A DNA stretch of 64,000 nucleotides, from assembly GCF_006345805.1 (NCBI RefSeq), contig NC_042997.1, forward strand, positions 143,158,001-143,222,000, in the 5' to 3' direction. This DNA comes from Octopus sinensis (taxonomy: Eukaryota). Positions within the stretch are counted from its first letter, which is position 1, and every line of letters starts with the position of its first letter. A program made the translations under genes and the position numbers. This document shows, piece by piece, positions 30,036 through 44,130 of this stretch. The notes under the pieces were generated by a model that saw only the letters and a list, made by a program, of their open reading frames with translations, was not told where the DNA came from and made no database searches.

Positions 30036-30133
30036 CGAAGATGGTGCAAGTTGCAGCTCAGCTCCACCACTATTTCCTCGGTCAGACGTCATCAGGCCAG
30101 CTGAGCCACAGGCTCCGGCACTGTCAGAACCAA
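30036..30133 (-). CDS. LARP4: Exon with probable start codon (ATG at 30092) of the LARP4/4B-like gene
   Basis: ttttctttttattgctAG|TTGGTTCT...CCATCTTCG|GTAAGT. It is a GC-rich island in an AT-rich intron. From 30092 it reads MTSDRGNSGGAELQLAPSS (human LARP4B begins MTSDQ) and ends in phase 0, joining in frame to exon 175-268. The frame is also open upstream of the ATG (xGSDSAGACGSAGL). Confidence 0.75.
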
Positions 30134-33100
30134 CTAGCAATAAAAAGAAAAACTACATATAGTATACCCTAATTATGTTTTTTAACCCTAAAACTGTATT
30201 TCAAAGAAAAAAATCAATAATACATATTAGAGGGGAAGGTCGTAAAACATTTTAGAATCAATCCCAACATTTGAGTTTGTGTAACAAGTAAATATTTCCT
30301 AGTTTTTCATTTTGTACAAAAAGTTGATTAATGTTCCCTAAAATTAACTATTTTGGCACCTCTACCAACATTGATAATGTATCTAAAATACACATTGCTG
30401 ACATACTGCATTACAAATATGAACCCAGTCAGTCTGTTAGGAAGACTTTAATACTTTATAAACTTGCTGCACTACAAATAGAATATATATTAAGCAAACA
30501 TCACACTTCAATGTTGAGTTTGAATGCCTTTGCCATGATTTCTCCCACTGACAATTATAAAAAGAATAAACAGAGATAATGAAAAAATTATTTGTAAAGC
30601 ATTTTCTCATCCTAACTTCATGTTAAAAAATAATCAAACTATATTGTAAAGACAATAGATTTGTCAATGAAAGACTTGGCTTCTACATACATTAAACTTA
30701 GTTTTATTCATTACCACTATGCATTATAGACCAAAAGTGAAGATTGTTTACTGTATGTCATTATATATACTGATAATTACCAGTTTAGCAATGCAAAGAT
30801 ACAACAGGAACTGATAAGATAGACTGCTTCACTGATAAAGTTACCTAAATTTATGAAAGTATTGTTTATAAATATATGACAATGTTAAAACTAACATAAG
30901 ATTTTGTAATGTATTTTTACAGCCATCATTATCATTTAACATTCCATGCAGGAGTTCAGTAGGATCTAGCAAACCATACAACAGCACCAAACTGTCTGCT
31001 TTGGCATAGTTTCTACAACTGGATGCCCTTCCTAATGCCAACCACTTTCCCGAGTATAATTTATGTGACACCAGCATTAGTGAGGTCACTAATACAAAAA
31101 GAAATTCAGTACACAGATTGGAAACAGTTTTGCCCACAATTCCTAAAACTAGATTTCTGTACCTTTGAATTTTTGAAAATTTTAAGCCCAATGCAACCAC
31201 AAATTGATTTGGAACCAGCCCGATCCTACCTCTCACATCATCAAAATCTTGAAGCTACAAGATAATGCATGATTAATTCAAAACAATGTGACAATATAAG
31301 AATTATATTTGACAGAGTAATCTGAATGCTAAAGGGTTAAGCAATGTCATAAACAGGATATTTTGGTTTCTTGATTGTTCTAGCATCAATTCTTATGCAT
31401 ACTTACATACAAAATGCTAAAAGTTCAAAGAAAAATTAAGGATGGAATTCAGACGCAGACAAAAGTTTGGTGAATTTAGATTGGTTTTAACATTTTTGTC
31501 TAACACTTTCAGATTCACCACAAATCTATTAATGCACGCGGAGTTGAAATCATCAGGATTGGCATTAAATGCAATAGGATCATGATGTTTCAGGTAGTTG
31601 TCATGTGTTTGTTCTCAGCCCAAGTTGTTCACTTGTATTTAAAAAAAAAAAAATCAATCATGTTATTAAACGAAGTCTGAAGGTAAAAATTGAGGACACT
31701 AAATGTGCAACCAAAATTGCCTTGCACAATAAATTTTAGTTGGGTTTACATTTTAAACAATAACAACTAGCTAGGTTAGAAAAGTCCAATCATTCGAAGA
31801 CCAATGGATATATTATTTGAACTGGAAATCAGTACAAGACTTGTCTTGATAACCTTCATCTAGCCTACAATTATCTACTAGTGATAACATCAAACAAAAT
31901 CAAATAAACAGTATAATAAAAGTTTCCGAAAGCATGGTCAAGCCAGTGAAATATCACTTTTAACAGTGGTTTTGCAATGCAGCTTGTTTGATGGCCAAAC
32001 ATCAATATCTGGCCAAGGAGTTAAACAAGCAATATTTTTTATGGTCTAACAGGAGGAGGAAAAAAAATCAGCTTACTGGAGGTAATTCCATGGAGCAAAG
32101 TAGAACCAGAAATCACAATGTCAGAACAAAAATATCAAGGATACAGTTACTAATAAAGATTACACCACCACAACCAAGTGCATATTTGCAAAAAGATCTA
32201 AAATTACTGATATTATTATTGTGCAAAAAACAAGCTTGAGACAAGCTGAAGAGTTATCAGAAAAATTTATTGTACAGCCAAAAAGAATTTCTTAGAAGTG
32301 GTATCAGATATATGTCCCAGCAGTAAACATTTGTGATAAGCTATTCTGAATATATATTAGCCAAAAATCATGAACTAACTGAATGAAAATAAGAATTTAT
32401 AATGACTGCAAAACAAGTTCATTTGTCAGCTCTGATCAGGAAGGCCATTAAAAACAAGCATCTAATTAAAGTACAAAATATACTGCCACTGGACCAGTGT
32501 GTTGTATCCAGATTTATTTACTTAGCTTTGCTATAACTATTCAATCATGTTTGAGAACTCAAGAATTGTGATTCTGAACACCTGAGATATTAAATCTGTT
32601 CCTTCATGAACTTACACAAAGCAAGTTTCATATTCAGGGTTTAAATCAAACATACGCAAAAATCAAGATTTAAAGGCTGTGATCCTATAAATCAATCAAG
32701 TACAAGTAATCCCTATTCTAGCCTTTTACTTGACACAGCTAATAGTTTACAGATGAGATCACAACTTGTAAAATATTGTTGGCTGTACTTGTACTAAAAT
32801 GATAGTGACATTTTTTAAGGTAACAACCACATAGGAGAGGTCACACAAGTCGCAATGATAATAGGAGACTCCAAATAAGAACGGATAACATTAACAGATT
32901 AAAATGCACCCAGTTTACATTGTAAAAATCTTTGGTGAGGACATCCACCTTTAAAAACTGGCACACAGTTGGTAAAATGTCCAACTTACGCCAGCATAAA
33001 AAAAATACACACAGAAATAAATCATTTCATAAAAGTAGTTGTCAAAACTGTGTATAGATTTAGTTTAGAAAACACCCTATGTGATTAATAATAGAATTGA

Positions 33101-36100
33101 AGAACATCTGGCCATTATTTCATTCTAAGTCTAATCCTCCTTATGAATGACAATTCATTCCAAATACCCACCAAAAACAAAGAAATCCCGTCTTGCATCC
33201 ATTCATTGCATCTGCTAAAAGATACTAATCTAGAGTTTTCATTCTCTTGCCACCATGTTTTGGTCAATCAGTTTGTTTACCTTCTACCTAAAACTTTCCT
33301 GCACTCCATCCACCCTTAAACATCTTTCCTGCGAAACACTAATATAGATCAATGAAAAAGGTGGTGTGTATAGGATAACAAACACAGCCCTAGACACACT
33401 ATGTTTGAAGAAGGAAAAGACATGACTGGACCTAAAACTAAATCAGTCCTGACCCCACTTAGACATGGTTCAATCCCACCTTCCTGGATCTCAGTCAATC
33501 ATTAAGTTGCAATATAAGAATTACAACTATGGAACCTTAACTTACATTAATCTAACATTAATGCATGTTTTCAGATTATTTTTTTCTTTTATTCATGTGA
33601 CAAATTACTCTATCAATTCATATTTTATAACACTGTAAAATGCTTTTCAAAATAATTTATATTTTCAAACGTTATGGTTAAAAGTAATTAGCCTTACTGA
33701 TTTACAAAGTTATCAAAAAACATCAATGACTTCAATTTGTTTGATCTGATGGCCTATTTCCTCTTTTGTAAGCACAAAGCTTCCATCTATTCCAATTATG
33801 ATTACATAGTCATCCAGTTTCTCTATTTGCCAGATTAGCAAATTAATCTCATAACCAGCATTGGATCCCTGTTTGAGAGCATCAACCATAAAAGATTTGT
33901 TCATTACCATTGTCAGAATTCTCTGGGTATCACTACGGCCATCAATTAACGTCAGTTTTCCATGCTGGCATGAGTTGGACGACTTGACAGGAGCTGGCGA
34001 GCCATAGGACTACATCAAGCTCCAGAGTCAGCTTTGACAGAATTTTTATGGCCTGATGCCCTTCCTAATGCCAAGCTGAAGACTTTTCCAGAACAGTACA
34101 TACTAATATGATAATGTTTATTTCAGATCTCTGTGCATGGAATGAGGGAAACTATAAATTATAAAAAAATTTTACTTATTTTAGTTGAACATAGTAAAAC
34201 AAACATTAACAAATCAACAGAGCCAAAAATTCCATACACTCCAGAGACATGTTTAACATGGGCTTCAAATTGTTTACAAGTCAGTTAAAATAAGAATGTA
34301 GTTTTGATATATAATAAATTTAGAATATAGGAAATGTGTAAAGTATTTTATAAACTCCTTTAAAATAGCATCCGATTTTAGAATTTCAAATAATTTATTG
34401 CATGCTATCAGAATTACGAAAGTAAAATTTGGGACAGACAGATCAATTAGTAAAACATTCTAGAGTTTACTTGAAAACCGATTACCTAAAAATATTTTCC
34501 AATCTTGAATGAATACTTATTGATTTTCCTTCTAGAGTTTAGATCTTTCTTAAGAAAATAGAGTTTTAAACATATTTAAACTAAGTCAATGCATATCCTA
34601 AATACCAATTAGTCACTACAAAAAAAAACATATCACATTTAAGAATCCTAATAGCTCAAACGATATCAACTCCCGATCATACGTTTAAACCGATCGACCA
34701 TGATGTCATTCACTCCGTAAGACATCACTTACACAAGCTCGTAATTTTAATTGAAAATAGGGACCAATAATATTGTTTAATCTGCAAGGCGTTCGCCTAA
34801 AAAAGAAAAACCAGGCTTCTAACTTTGCAGACACATAAACCCATCAATAGAATAAAATAATGCAAACCCGTTACTATTTTAGACTCAGGTATTTATAAAC
34901 CAAAAGACAGTTCATTTATACTAATTTAGTTACATCATGTTATTCCTTTTAACTTTTTTTTTAAACTGATTTATTCGACAAACATTCTATAACAAGGAAT
35001 CATTTTACATACAATTAAAGATTTTTCTTTCAGTTTAAAGATAATAGCTAAACTTTATCCTTTTTTTTAATTTATTTCTAGGGGAGATAATTTGAAAGTA
35101 TGTTTCGAACTACTACAACAAAGCATCGGACAATATTAATAAATGTACTAAATTAACAACTGTTCTAGAAAAATAAACATAACAGTCTAATATTATTTGT
35201 ATATTTTATAAATACCCCAATAAAATAACTGAATTATCAAATAGTCATGCCCTGTCAAATAAGAAGCATAAAGATATTCAACTCCACACGTGTAGTAAAA
35301 CAACCAACGTTAGAGCCTCTTTTACATGGTCACTCAACCTACTAGAAACAACAGCCAAATCTCATTCGTACTGAAAATGGAAGGATATATTTGATAACGT
35401 AATCCTAGATATGCAATGCCCCAGAGATAGACGGAGTGATAACGAAGATTTTGATAATGTTCCACATCAGTCAAGATGACCTGGGGCTGAACAACTAGTG
35501 TAGAATATAATTGACACAAAGCAATTTTGTTTCACCAAGTCAAATATTTTACAACTTCTTAGTCTGTCGTGTAATGAACTAAGATTGTAATTTTCAACTC
35601 TGAAAATTTACGTAAACAGTAGTCATTAGGAACAATGAGTCATTCGCCTGTAAAATATAAATGAAAACAGTATGGATGCCTAAGGTACGGAAGCTTAGTG
35701 GTTACATTAAGAAGCACACAGATTTAATACAATATCGTAGGTTGTTACTTTCAAAATATGCGGAAGGAGATTTATAAATTCATAAAGAATTCACAACAAA
35801 TGATTGAATTGAAACTAAATTAATTCCTGAAAAAATCTGTCGTACAACAATATGGCTACTAAACAATACTGCACAATGTTTTAACTTGATACGCAAACTG
35901 ATTTTAACAATCACGAGAAATGAACTTGTAGTTGACAAATTAAACTGTTGTTTCTGATAGCCTCTTGACTAATTAAAGATGCTAAACATTTAGTTCTAGA
36001 GAAATCTCAGCTGTTAAAAGCTACTGAGACGACATTTGGTAATGATGGTGGCAGTTGTAATAACGTAGGTCGGAAACATACTGTGTCTATTGACCAGCAT

Positions 36101-36792
36101 ATATACTAATTAGTAACGTATAATTAAGAATCTAAATAGCACATTTTTCAAGCTGGAAATTTACTAACAGTAAAACATTTCCAGATAATTTATCCCTCTC
36201 TCACTCCTTTTATCTTTGCAGTACTAGGTGGTGTTAAGATCATGTCTGTTCCTATGTGTATGTACGTACAATATGGTTGAAAAGTGGAGGATCATTTGAA
36301 GAAATGTAGGGAGAAGAAAATATTGCTCCAAGTTTCGTCGGCCATAATTAAAAGTGAAAATATAGAGAAACATTCGGCAAGAGGAACGTTACATTACAAA
36401 AGATTTAACAGAGTAGGTAGTTACATTGTGTGGCATGTATACACTAATTTCGTGGTTCCCGGAGCATAAGGACCGAGAAGTTCACGGTGATAATGCATGT
36501 ATGTTTATAGAGCAATATTCTGCGCTAAATTTATTATAGTACGAACATTTGGACATAATAAATAAATTATGAAGAATAAAACGAAAAGAAAATTCGAGTT
36601 ATTTTATGAAAGAAGATCAAATATCCAACTCGAGGCTGATGCTGCAATTATGAAAGATGTCTGGGCTTGCTTGAGTAATAAGTGTGATTATCAAGTGTGC
36701 TACCATAGTAAATACAAATAAAAACAATAATTAACTTTACTGAGATGAAATGAGAGAAAGCACAAGCCTGCATATAAGTTAGTTTTACTTAC

Positions 36793-36980
36793 GTGCGTTC
36801 GAAGAGGTAAAGAGAGGTTTGCAAAAGGAAAAAAGCACGACGTTGTCGGCTGAAACGGTCAGAAGTAGAGGGAGGAGAGAAGATATGTAGTGGGAGGTTG
36901 AGCAAATAAGGTAGTAGTAACTGAGAGGAACTGACCTCCCCTTCCTCCCACTCGCGCCGGGAAGGAAGCCGCCATCTTGA
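36793..36980 (-). other. Candidate 5' UTR first exon in a CpG-retaining promoter region, containing a 38-codon uORF
   Basis: Donor GCAC|GTAAGT at 36793/36792, pyrimidine-rich exon body, and a YY1 motif at its 5' end. The 5' boundary is uncertain. Confidence 0.6.
36968..36979 (-). promoter_or_regulatory. YY1 consensus site CAAGATGGCGGC
   Basis: Plus strand gccgccatcttg is an exact YY1 consensus, typical near TSSs of housekeeping genes. It sits in the most GC/CpG-rich patch of the region. Confidence 0.65.
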
Positions 36981-39666
36981 TCAGCTACTACTACTACAGT
37001 TTTAACTAAACCGACACTTTTTAGTGCTACAGATTAATGTGCCTTAAAACTTCAATTTCAACATTGATGAGGTTTCTATTTTAAGAGAAAGCCTTTATAA
37101 ACATCGTAATAATAAATTAAGATGCTGTTATGAAAATGTACCGATAAATACGCAACTAAATTATGCTTCCATCATTATGCAGATTTACATTTATTTTAAC
37201 AGGACTTTTTTTAAGAGGGGGGAGATTGATGATGTAAAAATATCTTTTATTTGTACTTTAACAAAATATGAATGAAAATAATTATTATTATGAATATGAT
37301 TTCGGTAAAATTATCTCGATATCAATAAACATAACGGCAATTGTTAATGCATATTTCTACAGTGAACCATGTGCCGGTTAAACAGGACTACACTGTCTCT
37401 TGTTAAAAAATTGTACTCACTCACTTATACTGCATATAATTTCAGCATTAAGATGACCAATGTACAAGGACTATATATATTTAATAGCAACAAGGGAAAA
37501 TGAAAACAAATTTACATTTCAAAGAAAACACTCTTATTTTAATTTAGATGCGATTCTAAGCATAGGTCATAAAATATATATATCTATAAAAAATATTTTG
37601 AATATTTTCTGAGAGGAATAATTCGATGTGCTACGGAAAACCACAAGAAGGTAAAATTTCGTTGAGGGTATTTTTGCATGCTACAAGGAAAAAAAAAAAA
37701 GAATCCCCTCTTACCTAAAAAAAAAAAGGGCTTAAAACAAGGGTGGACATGCGAACTTACACGTGACAGTGCTCCCCAATATCAAGAACAAGGCGTAAGT
37801 CATTTCAGAACAATGTTAACGAACATTAATATAGATATAACAGGAATAGAAATTTTAATGTACGGATGATCTGTTTAGGTACATATTGATACAAATATTC
37901 AATTTGCTGATTATAATTGTATTTAGAACTGATCCCTCAGATCTCAAATCGCTCTGCCATAACCACACTTGGAACTAAGAAGCTGAAACACTTACCGATA
38001 CGAAGATTTTTTTTCGCCTTTTTTTCCAAAGTAGGAGCTAAAAGAATAATTTGAAGGCCAGCAATTAATTCTTAGGTCAGGTTAAACAACGCGTGCTTCG
38101 CGAAATTTTTTTAAGGAAGCACCTTCAGGCGAAATAAAGGACTTCTAAATCCAGGTTCTGTGTAACCTTGAATCTCTGTCGTCACATGTGATATGCACGT
38201 CTAGTTCAGTAACTAAGGGGCCATCACCAGTCTTCAATGTTATTTTCATATCTCTAACAAACAAGAGTAGAAACCACGTCAGATTTAATAATTTATTTCC
38301 TAAATAATTTAACGATGTTAATTTTCATTTTAATTATTTTTAATTGCGAGCATATTTTTAAGGGACTTTTTTCTTGCTAATAAATGGGTAAAGTTATAGT
38401 TATTTTGTGCGGAGTTGTTGTTCAAGTGACGCATAACGCCCCGGGACTCCCTGCCAAGGTAGGGGTAACTCCCGAGCTTTTCGGTGCTATAGCAAAATGT
38501 TGCTGTTGTCGTCCTCTGTTACTACTACCTTGATGTCTAAAACATATCTTTGACATTATCTATCAGTGAAATCGAAGTGTCATGCGGTTTAGTTTTTTTT
38601 TTATTTTACTGTCAAACTTATTTTATCACACACCACGCTGCTACATAAGTAACTATTGTACATCGCCATTTCTACGTTTATTTCGTGCATAAGAACAAGT
38701 CGAGTCCCTTAACTCTTACTTAACTATCGTCGGATGCTACGTTTTATATTTGTTTAATTATAATACCATAGGTCATCGAATTATAATTCTGTATCTTTGA
38801 TAATGCAGTTGTCTTATACAGTGATTTACTTTACGCATGCATTCTCTCTTTCATATTTACTTTATCTCGTATATATTTTCTCTGTCTCACGCTCTCTATA
38901 CACTGTTTTCTTCACATACATAAACACACGTGAATAGAATTACCTATTGTCTCCATTTAAGGATAGATAAAATGTAAGAATATTTTTAAAAAGTTACATA
39001 TATGATTTTTTTTTTATCTAACCATATTTTCACTAGCTATCCTTTTATTCCATGACACCGGATCACTGATGAATGTGACACAGCAGAGGTCATAAGGGAA
39101 CAACATTTGATAACCTCATTTTTTTCACGTGTTGGCTTACAAAAATTAATAGTAAAAAAAAAAGACATCTCTATTTTAATGTTTTTCTCAGATTTTTACA
39201 ATTAAAGTAAATGTCTGCAATGAACTACTGGTTTATTAAAGAAATGATTGATTCTTTGTAAAAGTTTTGAGAACAATTTTTTTTCTAATGTTACAAGTAA
39301 ATCACTTTTTTTTTTTTTGCTTTATTGTTTCTAGAAAATTCGTAAGACTAATGATAGCATTATTATTAGTGTCAATTCAGATTTGCTCATGCGCTCTTGT
39401 AGAACATGAAACTAAGTCATCATGTAATCATTTCTCAAACTGTCCTTCACTTGTCCAATAAGGTCTTCTCAGTTCACGTTCGTCACCCGTTAGAAATAGC
39501 AGTCGACTAATTTTTACACTAACTTATTTAAAAATAATAATGTATAAATCCAATCATTTTTGTCATAGTTTAAATACCTGAAAATAAAAAGGGATGGTCT
39601 TCGCTGGAATGTATTTGATCAAAGGTCGTTTACTTAGGAGTTTAGGCTGCTGAAATGAAAGGGAAG

Positions 39667-39835
39667 AGCTGGTAGAATCGTTAGCACGCCGGACGAGTTC
39701 AAATACCTCCAAGGTCGATTTCGCCTTTCATCCGTTCGTGTTCGATAAATTAAATACCAGTTTTAACACTGGGTCGATGTAATCGACTTGTCTCCTGCCC
39801 CCGAAATTGCTGGGTTTGTGCCAAAATTTGAAACT
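39667..39835 (+). mobile_element. tRNA-derived SINE with GCCTTTCATCC...CGATAAATTAA..ACCAG central domain; reverse copies at ~63376-63550 and ~63910-64000
   Basis: A-box-like GCTGGTAGAATCGTTAGC, B-box-like GAGTTCAAAT, and a central domain shared among the copies. Confidence 0.7.
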
Positions 39836-40740
39836 AGTACATGTTATAATTAAATTATATATATTATACACTTTACTGTGTTTTATGTGCGTGATCCCCC
39901 CCGACCGTGGGGAAATGGTCTTGCATGAAATCGGTCTGTGGTGCAAAAATGCTTGGGAATTGCTACCCGAGAAGAAATGACATATCCGAAAGGTTTAACA
40001 TCCAATGGAAGGATCGGAATGAATAACAGCTATTTAATCCAGCTGTCCCGTTTGTGTACTTACCCCTCAACTTTTGGGAACATTATAAAGACTCAAGAAT
40101 CTTCTAATTCATTTTGAGCCACGTTTTGGAAAATATTTGTTAATCCCCCTGCAAGGCCCTCTTTAAATCTTGCTTAAAAAAAAAAAGACTATGAAAAACC
40201 TTGCCAGTAAGAAGTCCTCAATTACAATTCCATTCACATCTGGGATGCTTTAAAGAGAGAAAAAAAATCGAAACTTAGCATTAAATATCAACTTAATAAG
40301 GATTTCAGCTTCGTAAGATTGAAAATGTGCAAAATTGGGGAAACCTTACAAATTTTCTAACTTTAGTATTTTCTTTCCTTCGTATAGCTACGTTTTTATA
40401 AAATGCTAGATATGCGGTCCCTTTATGATTTTCTTTGCCTTTTTCCCAGATCGATAACATAAGTACCAGTTAAATAAAACGGTGAATTTCATTGACTACA
40501 CTACTCCCTTAAGGTTTGTGATTCAACGCTTGTTAGAATTATCTGTTACTACTATAAATAAATAAATAGAAAATGAAAGATCAATCTTATTCGTTTTCAG
40601 GTTTCAGAAATTATATTGCGGTCATGGAGGAGCACACTTCCAAAAGTTTTTAGTCGCTACGTATTTTATCGACCTTGGAAGAGAAGAGGGAAGCAAAGTG
40701 GAGCTTAGTGGAAAATGAACTCAGGGACACAATTAAGGGG

Positions 40741-41086
40741 AAATATTGCCATACATGGAAGCAGGTGTGGTTTGTCGCCAGGGCGGGCCTCCAGCCGACG
40801 AGAATCTCTTTCAACGAATTCCATCTGACCCATACATAGAAAAGTGGACATTAAAATGATGCCGACGATATATATATATATATATGATAATTGGACAATA
40901 AAACGTATGGTTTACACCAGGTATCTTACTGGTAAAGCACAGTCACTTTCAATCGGTCGGCATCATTTTAAAGTCCATTCTTCTATGCTTGTATGGGTCA
41001 GACTGAATTCGTTGAAGCAGATTTTCTTCGGCTGGAGGCCCGTCCTGGCGACAAACCAAACTTGCTTCCAGGTATGGTAATATTTC
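40741..41086. repeat. Inverted repeat with ~127-132 bp SINE-derived arms and an ~87-bp spacer
   Basis: 40741-40867 is the reverse complement of 40955-41086, with scattered mismatches and one 4-nt indel. Confidence 0.9.
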
Positions 41087-41744
41087 GCCATGACTGACAC
41101 ATGATGTCCAGATTAAGATACAAACACGCACGCGCATACACATCTATTATAATAATACTCTTATGTCTTTCTCCGTGACTTCATATGGATGAGAAAGGAA
41201 GGGTTAATGGTAAACTAGTGGTGGGAACGTTTTAACGCTGTGTTAGTATATGTGTGTATGTAAAAGGGAGGTATGTGAATGTTTGTGTGTATGTGTGTGT
41301 GCAATGGAAGTAGGAACGCTGAAAAGAAAAATCAAACAGCGCTTCAACTCTGTGAGTGTACAAGGAAAGTATGTGAATGCTTGTATGTGAGAATTAGCGT
41401 TCTTTCAATGACAAACTGACAGCCACTAGATAACATTGACAAGTGTATTAATTTGAATTACCATCCATATTTTTATATAAAATACTACAATTAGCCGTCA
41501 TCTTTGATGGCACGGGGCCAGCTACTATACATATAATACTTTTACTTGTTTCAGTCATTAGACGAATCTACCCCAGTACTTTTTTTTTTTTTTTTAAGTT
41601 TGGTACTTATTTGATCATTCTCTTTTTGCCGAACCGCACCGCTAAGATATGGGAACGTAAACAAATCAACACCGGTTGTCAAGCAGTGATGGTGGGCAAA
41701 CAAAATCACACACATATATATTTGTGTGTGTATATATATGCATA

Positions 41745-41890
41745 CAGGCGTGGCTGTGTGGTAAGAAGCTTGGGTCCGGGTCCAGTCCCACTGCATAACA
41801 CCTTCGGCAAGTGTTTTTACTATAACCTTGAGCTGACCAAAAACCCCTGTGAGTGGATTTGGTTGACAGAAACTGAAAGAAGCCCGTCAT
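41745..41890 (+). mobile_element. tRNA-derived SINE head (GGCGTGGCTGTGTGGTAAGAAG...CAGTCCCACTG...GGCAAGTG); copies at ~23698-23860 (+), ~42370-42515 (-), ~49870-50020 (-) and others
   Basis: A-box TGGCTGTGTGG, B-box-like GGTCCAGTCC, and recurring gagtggatttgg...gaaactgaaagaagc. Confidence 0.75.
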
Positions 41891-43039
41891 ATATATGTGT
41901 GTTTGTGTCTGTATTTGTCTCCCCACATCGCTTGACAACCGATGCGGTTCGGCAAAAGAGACAGAATAAGTACTAAGCTTGCAAAGAATAAGTTAGGGGT
42001 TGATTTATTTGACTAAGATCCATTAAGGTGGTGCTTCAGCATGGCCACAGTCAAATGACTAATGAATAAAAGAAATACTGCTTTCAGTTATTGGACTATG
42101 GCCATGCTGGAGCCCCACTTTTAGTCAAATGAATCCACCTCAGTGCTGATTTATTTTTAAGCCTGGTGTTTATTGTATCAGTGTGTTTTGCTGATTTGAT
42201 AAATTACAGAGATGTAAACAAACCAACACCCTTTGGTGGGGGTGACAGACATGTGCACAAATATATATATATATAGGAGGCAAGCACAAACATCCCATGT
42301 GGAAGGCTTGATAATTGTAGAGAGATTTTTCTCAACATGAAACCAATTATACATATGTGTGTATGACAGACTTCTTTCAGTTTCTATTTAGCAAATCCAC
42401 TCACAAGGGTTTGTTCAGAATGGTGCCATAGAAGAAGATACCTGCTCAAGGTGCCACACACTGGACTGAATGTAAAACCATGTGGTTGTGAAGCAAACTA
42501 CTTACTATACAGCTGTGACTGCCATAAATATGTATATATAAGTATATTAATGCACACACACATATATATTTTTCTGTATGACTACATTACAATTTTCATA
42601 AGCTATAACTACTAAAAGTCACACATTTGTATAAAAATTGTCAACTAACCCCTAAAACAAATTCTACCAAAGAACAATAAAACAAAATAACTCACACTGT
42701 CCTAGATCAACAAAACTAATTAAAGAAGATCACGACAATGAGTGGAGAAATTAACAAAGAAGTAAAATATATTTAATATAACTGAAGAACTCCCTTCATC
42801 AGCTGCCAATTGGATGTCAACATAATTTCTACACCTTAAGATATCACTACTTCAAATATATATATATATATATATACATAATATACGTACATACATATTT
42901 CATTCCATAGTGGCTACCTCTGCTGAGCATAGGGTTATATAATTGGATTGTCACCTAACACTCCATTGTACCCCTAGCACGAAACTGATTGGTAAGATTG
43001 ATCGTGATAGATATATAATACTTCAGATAATATATACTA

Positions 43040-43110
<71 letters not shown>

Positions 43111-43472
43111 TACACAAACATACATATATATATACACACACATATATATATAATGCTTGGGCTCACAACCTCTGATTGGGACATTGAGGGGTGCCACCTT
43201 AATATAACGTGCCTTTTGGTCATTTTTAGATATGACAGAACCCATCTTTTTCTAGAAAGAGATTTGACCTCATTACAGGACTGGTACATTATATATCAAA
43301 CCTGTAAGGCAAAATTGACCTTAGCAGCATTAGGGCTCAGAGTGTAGGGAGCCGGTGTGAACACCACAAGGTAAATACTTTGGCTCTCTGGTAATCTATC
43401 TGACAACTCACCATTGAACACCTCACACTCACATACATGTATATATAGAGATATGGTCTGTACTGATATATG

Positions 43473-44130
43473 CAGGGCTGGACTAAGACAAGCCCTTAAA
43501 ACATTTTGGTGCCTCCAAATATAATATATATCTATATATATTCCTCCCCACCACTACAAACTCAATGCCACTATAAAATGATCAAAACTTTTCACACAGG
43601 AACTTAGTTTGATTTGAAAACCCCACTAGAATGGGAGAAAGCGCTAATACATGATCTAAGTTATATGATGTATAAAAAATGTAATATAAAAATAAATATC
43701 TGTAAGTATAAACCATCCGATTTTCTGGGTACCTCATTTCTTCTAATATAAAATACCTGTACATCATCTCCAAACCTTCCAGTATATATATATATAATTC
43801 AAAATATAAACAATAATAAAACATAAAATAAATATTTATTTTTCAAAATGAAACAAAACTAACAGTAAGATGGAAAATAATGTGAATTTTTGTGTACTCC
43901 CATGTTATCTATATCTAAAAAGTTGTCTACTTTTTGATCGGATCCTCACTGACACCATGAGCACTTCAAAATTATTTCCAATCGTATAAACTACTTCGAA
44001 TATTATTTTAGCAAATCTAAAGTGATTTCTTTTGTACTGTAAACTATTTACTATTTCTTTGGTGCCCCCCCCCACTTCCCTTATTGGCTTAAGTACATGC
44101 TTATTTTGCGTAATGCTTAATCCAACGCTG
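43473..44130. mobile_element. hAT-like non-autonomous element
   Basis: Termini CAGGGCTGGACTAAG and CTTAATCCAACGCTG form an imperfect 15-bp TIR. Subterminal tggtgcc motifs; flanks gatatatg / aatataca match 5 of 8, a possible decayed 8-bp TSD. Confidence 0.55.

Noticed and set aside
41745-41800. tRNA gene
   Set aside because: Only A/B-box-like motifs of a SINE head; no cloverleaf.
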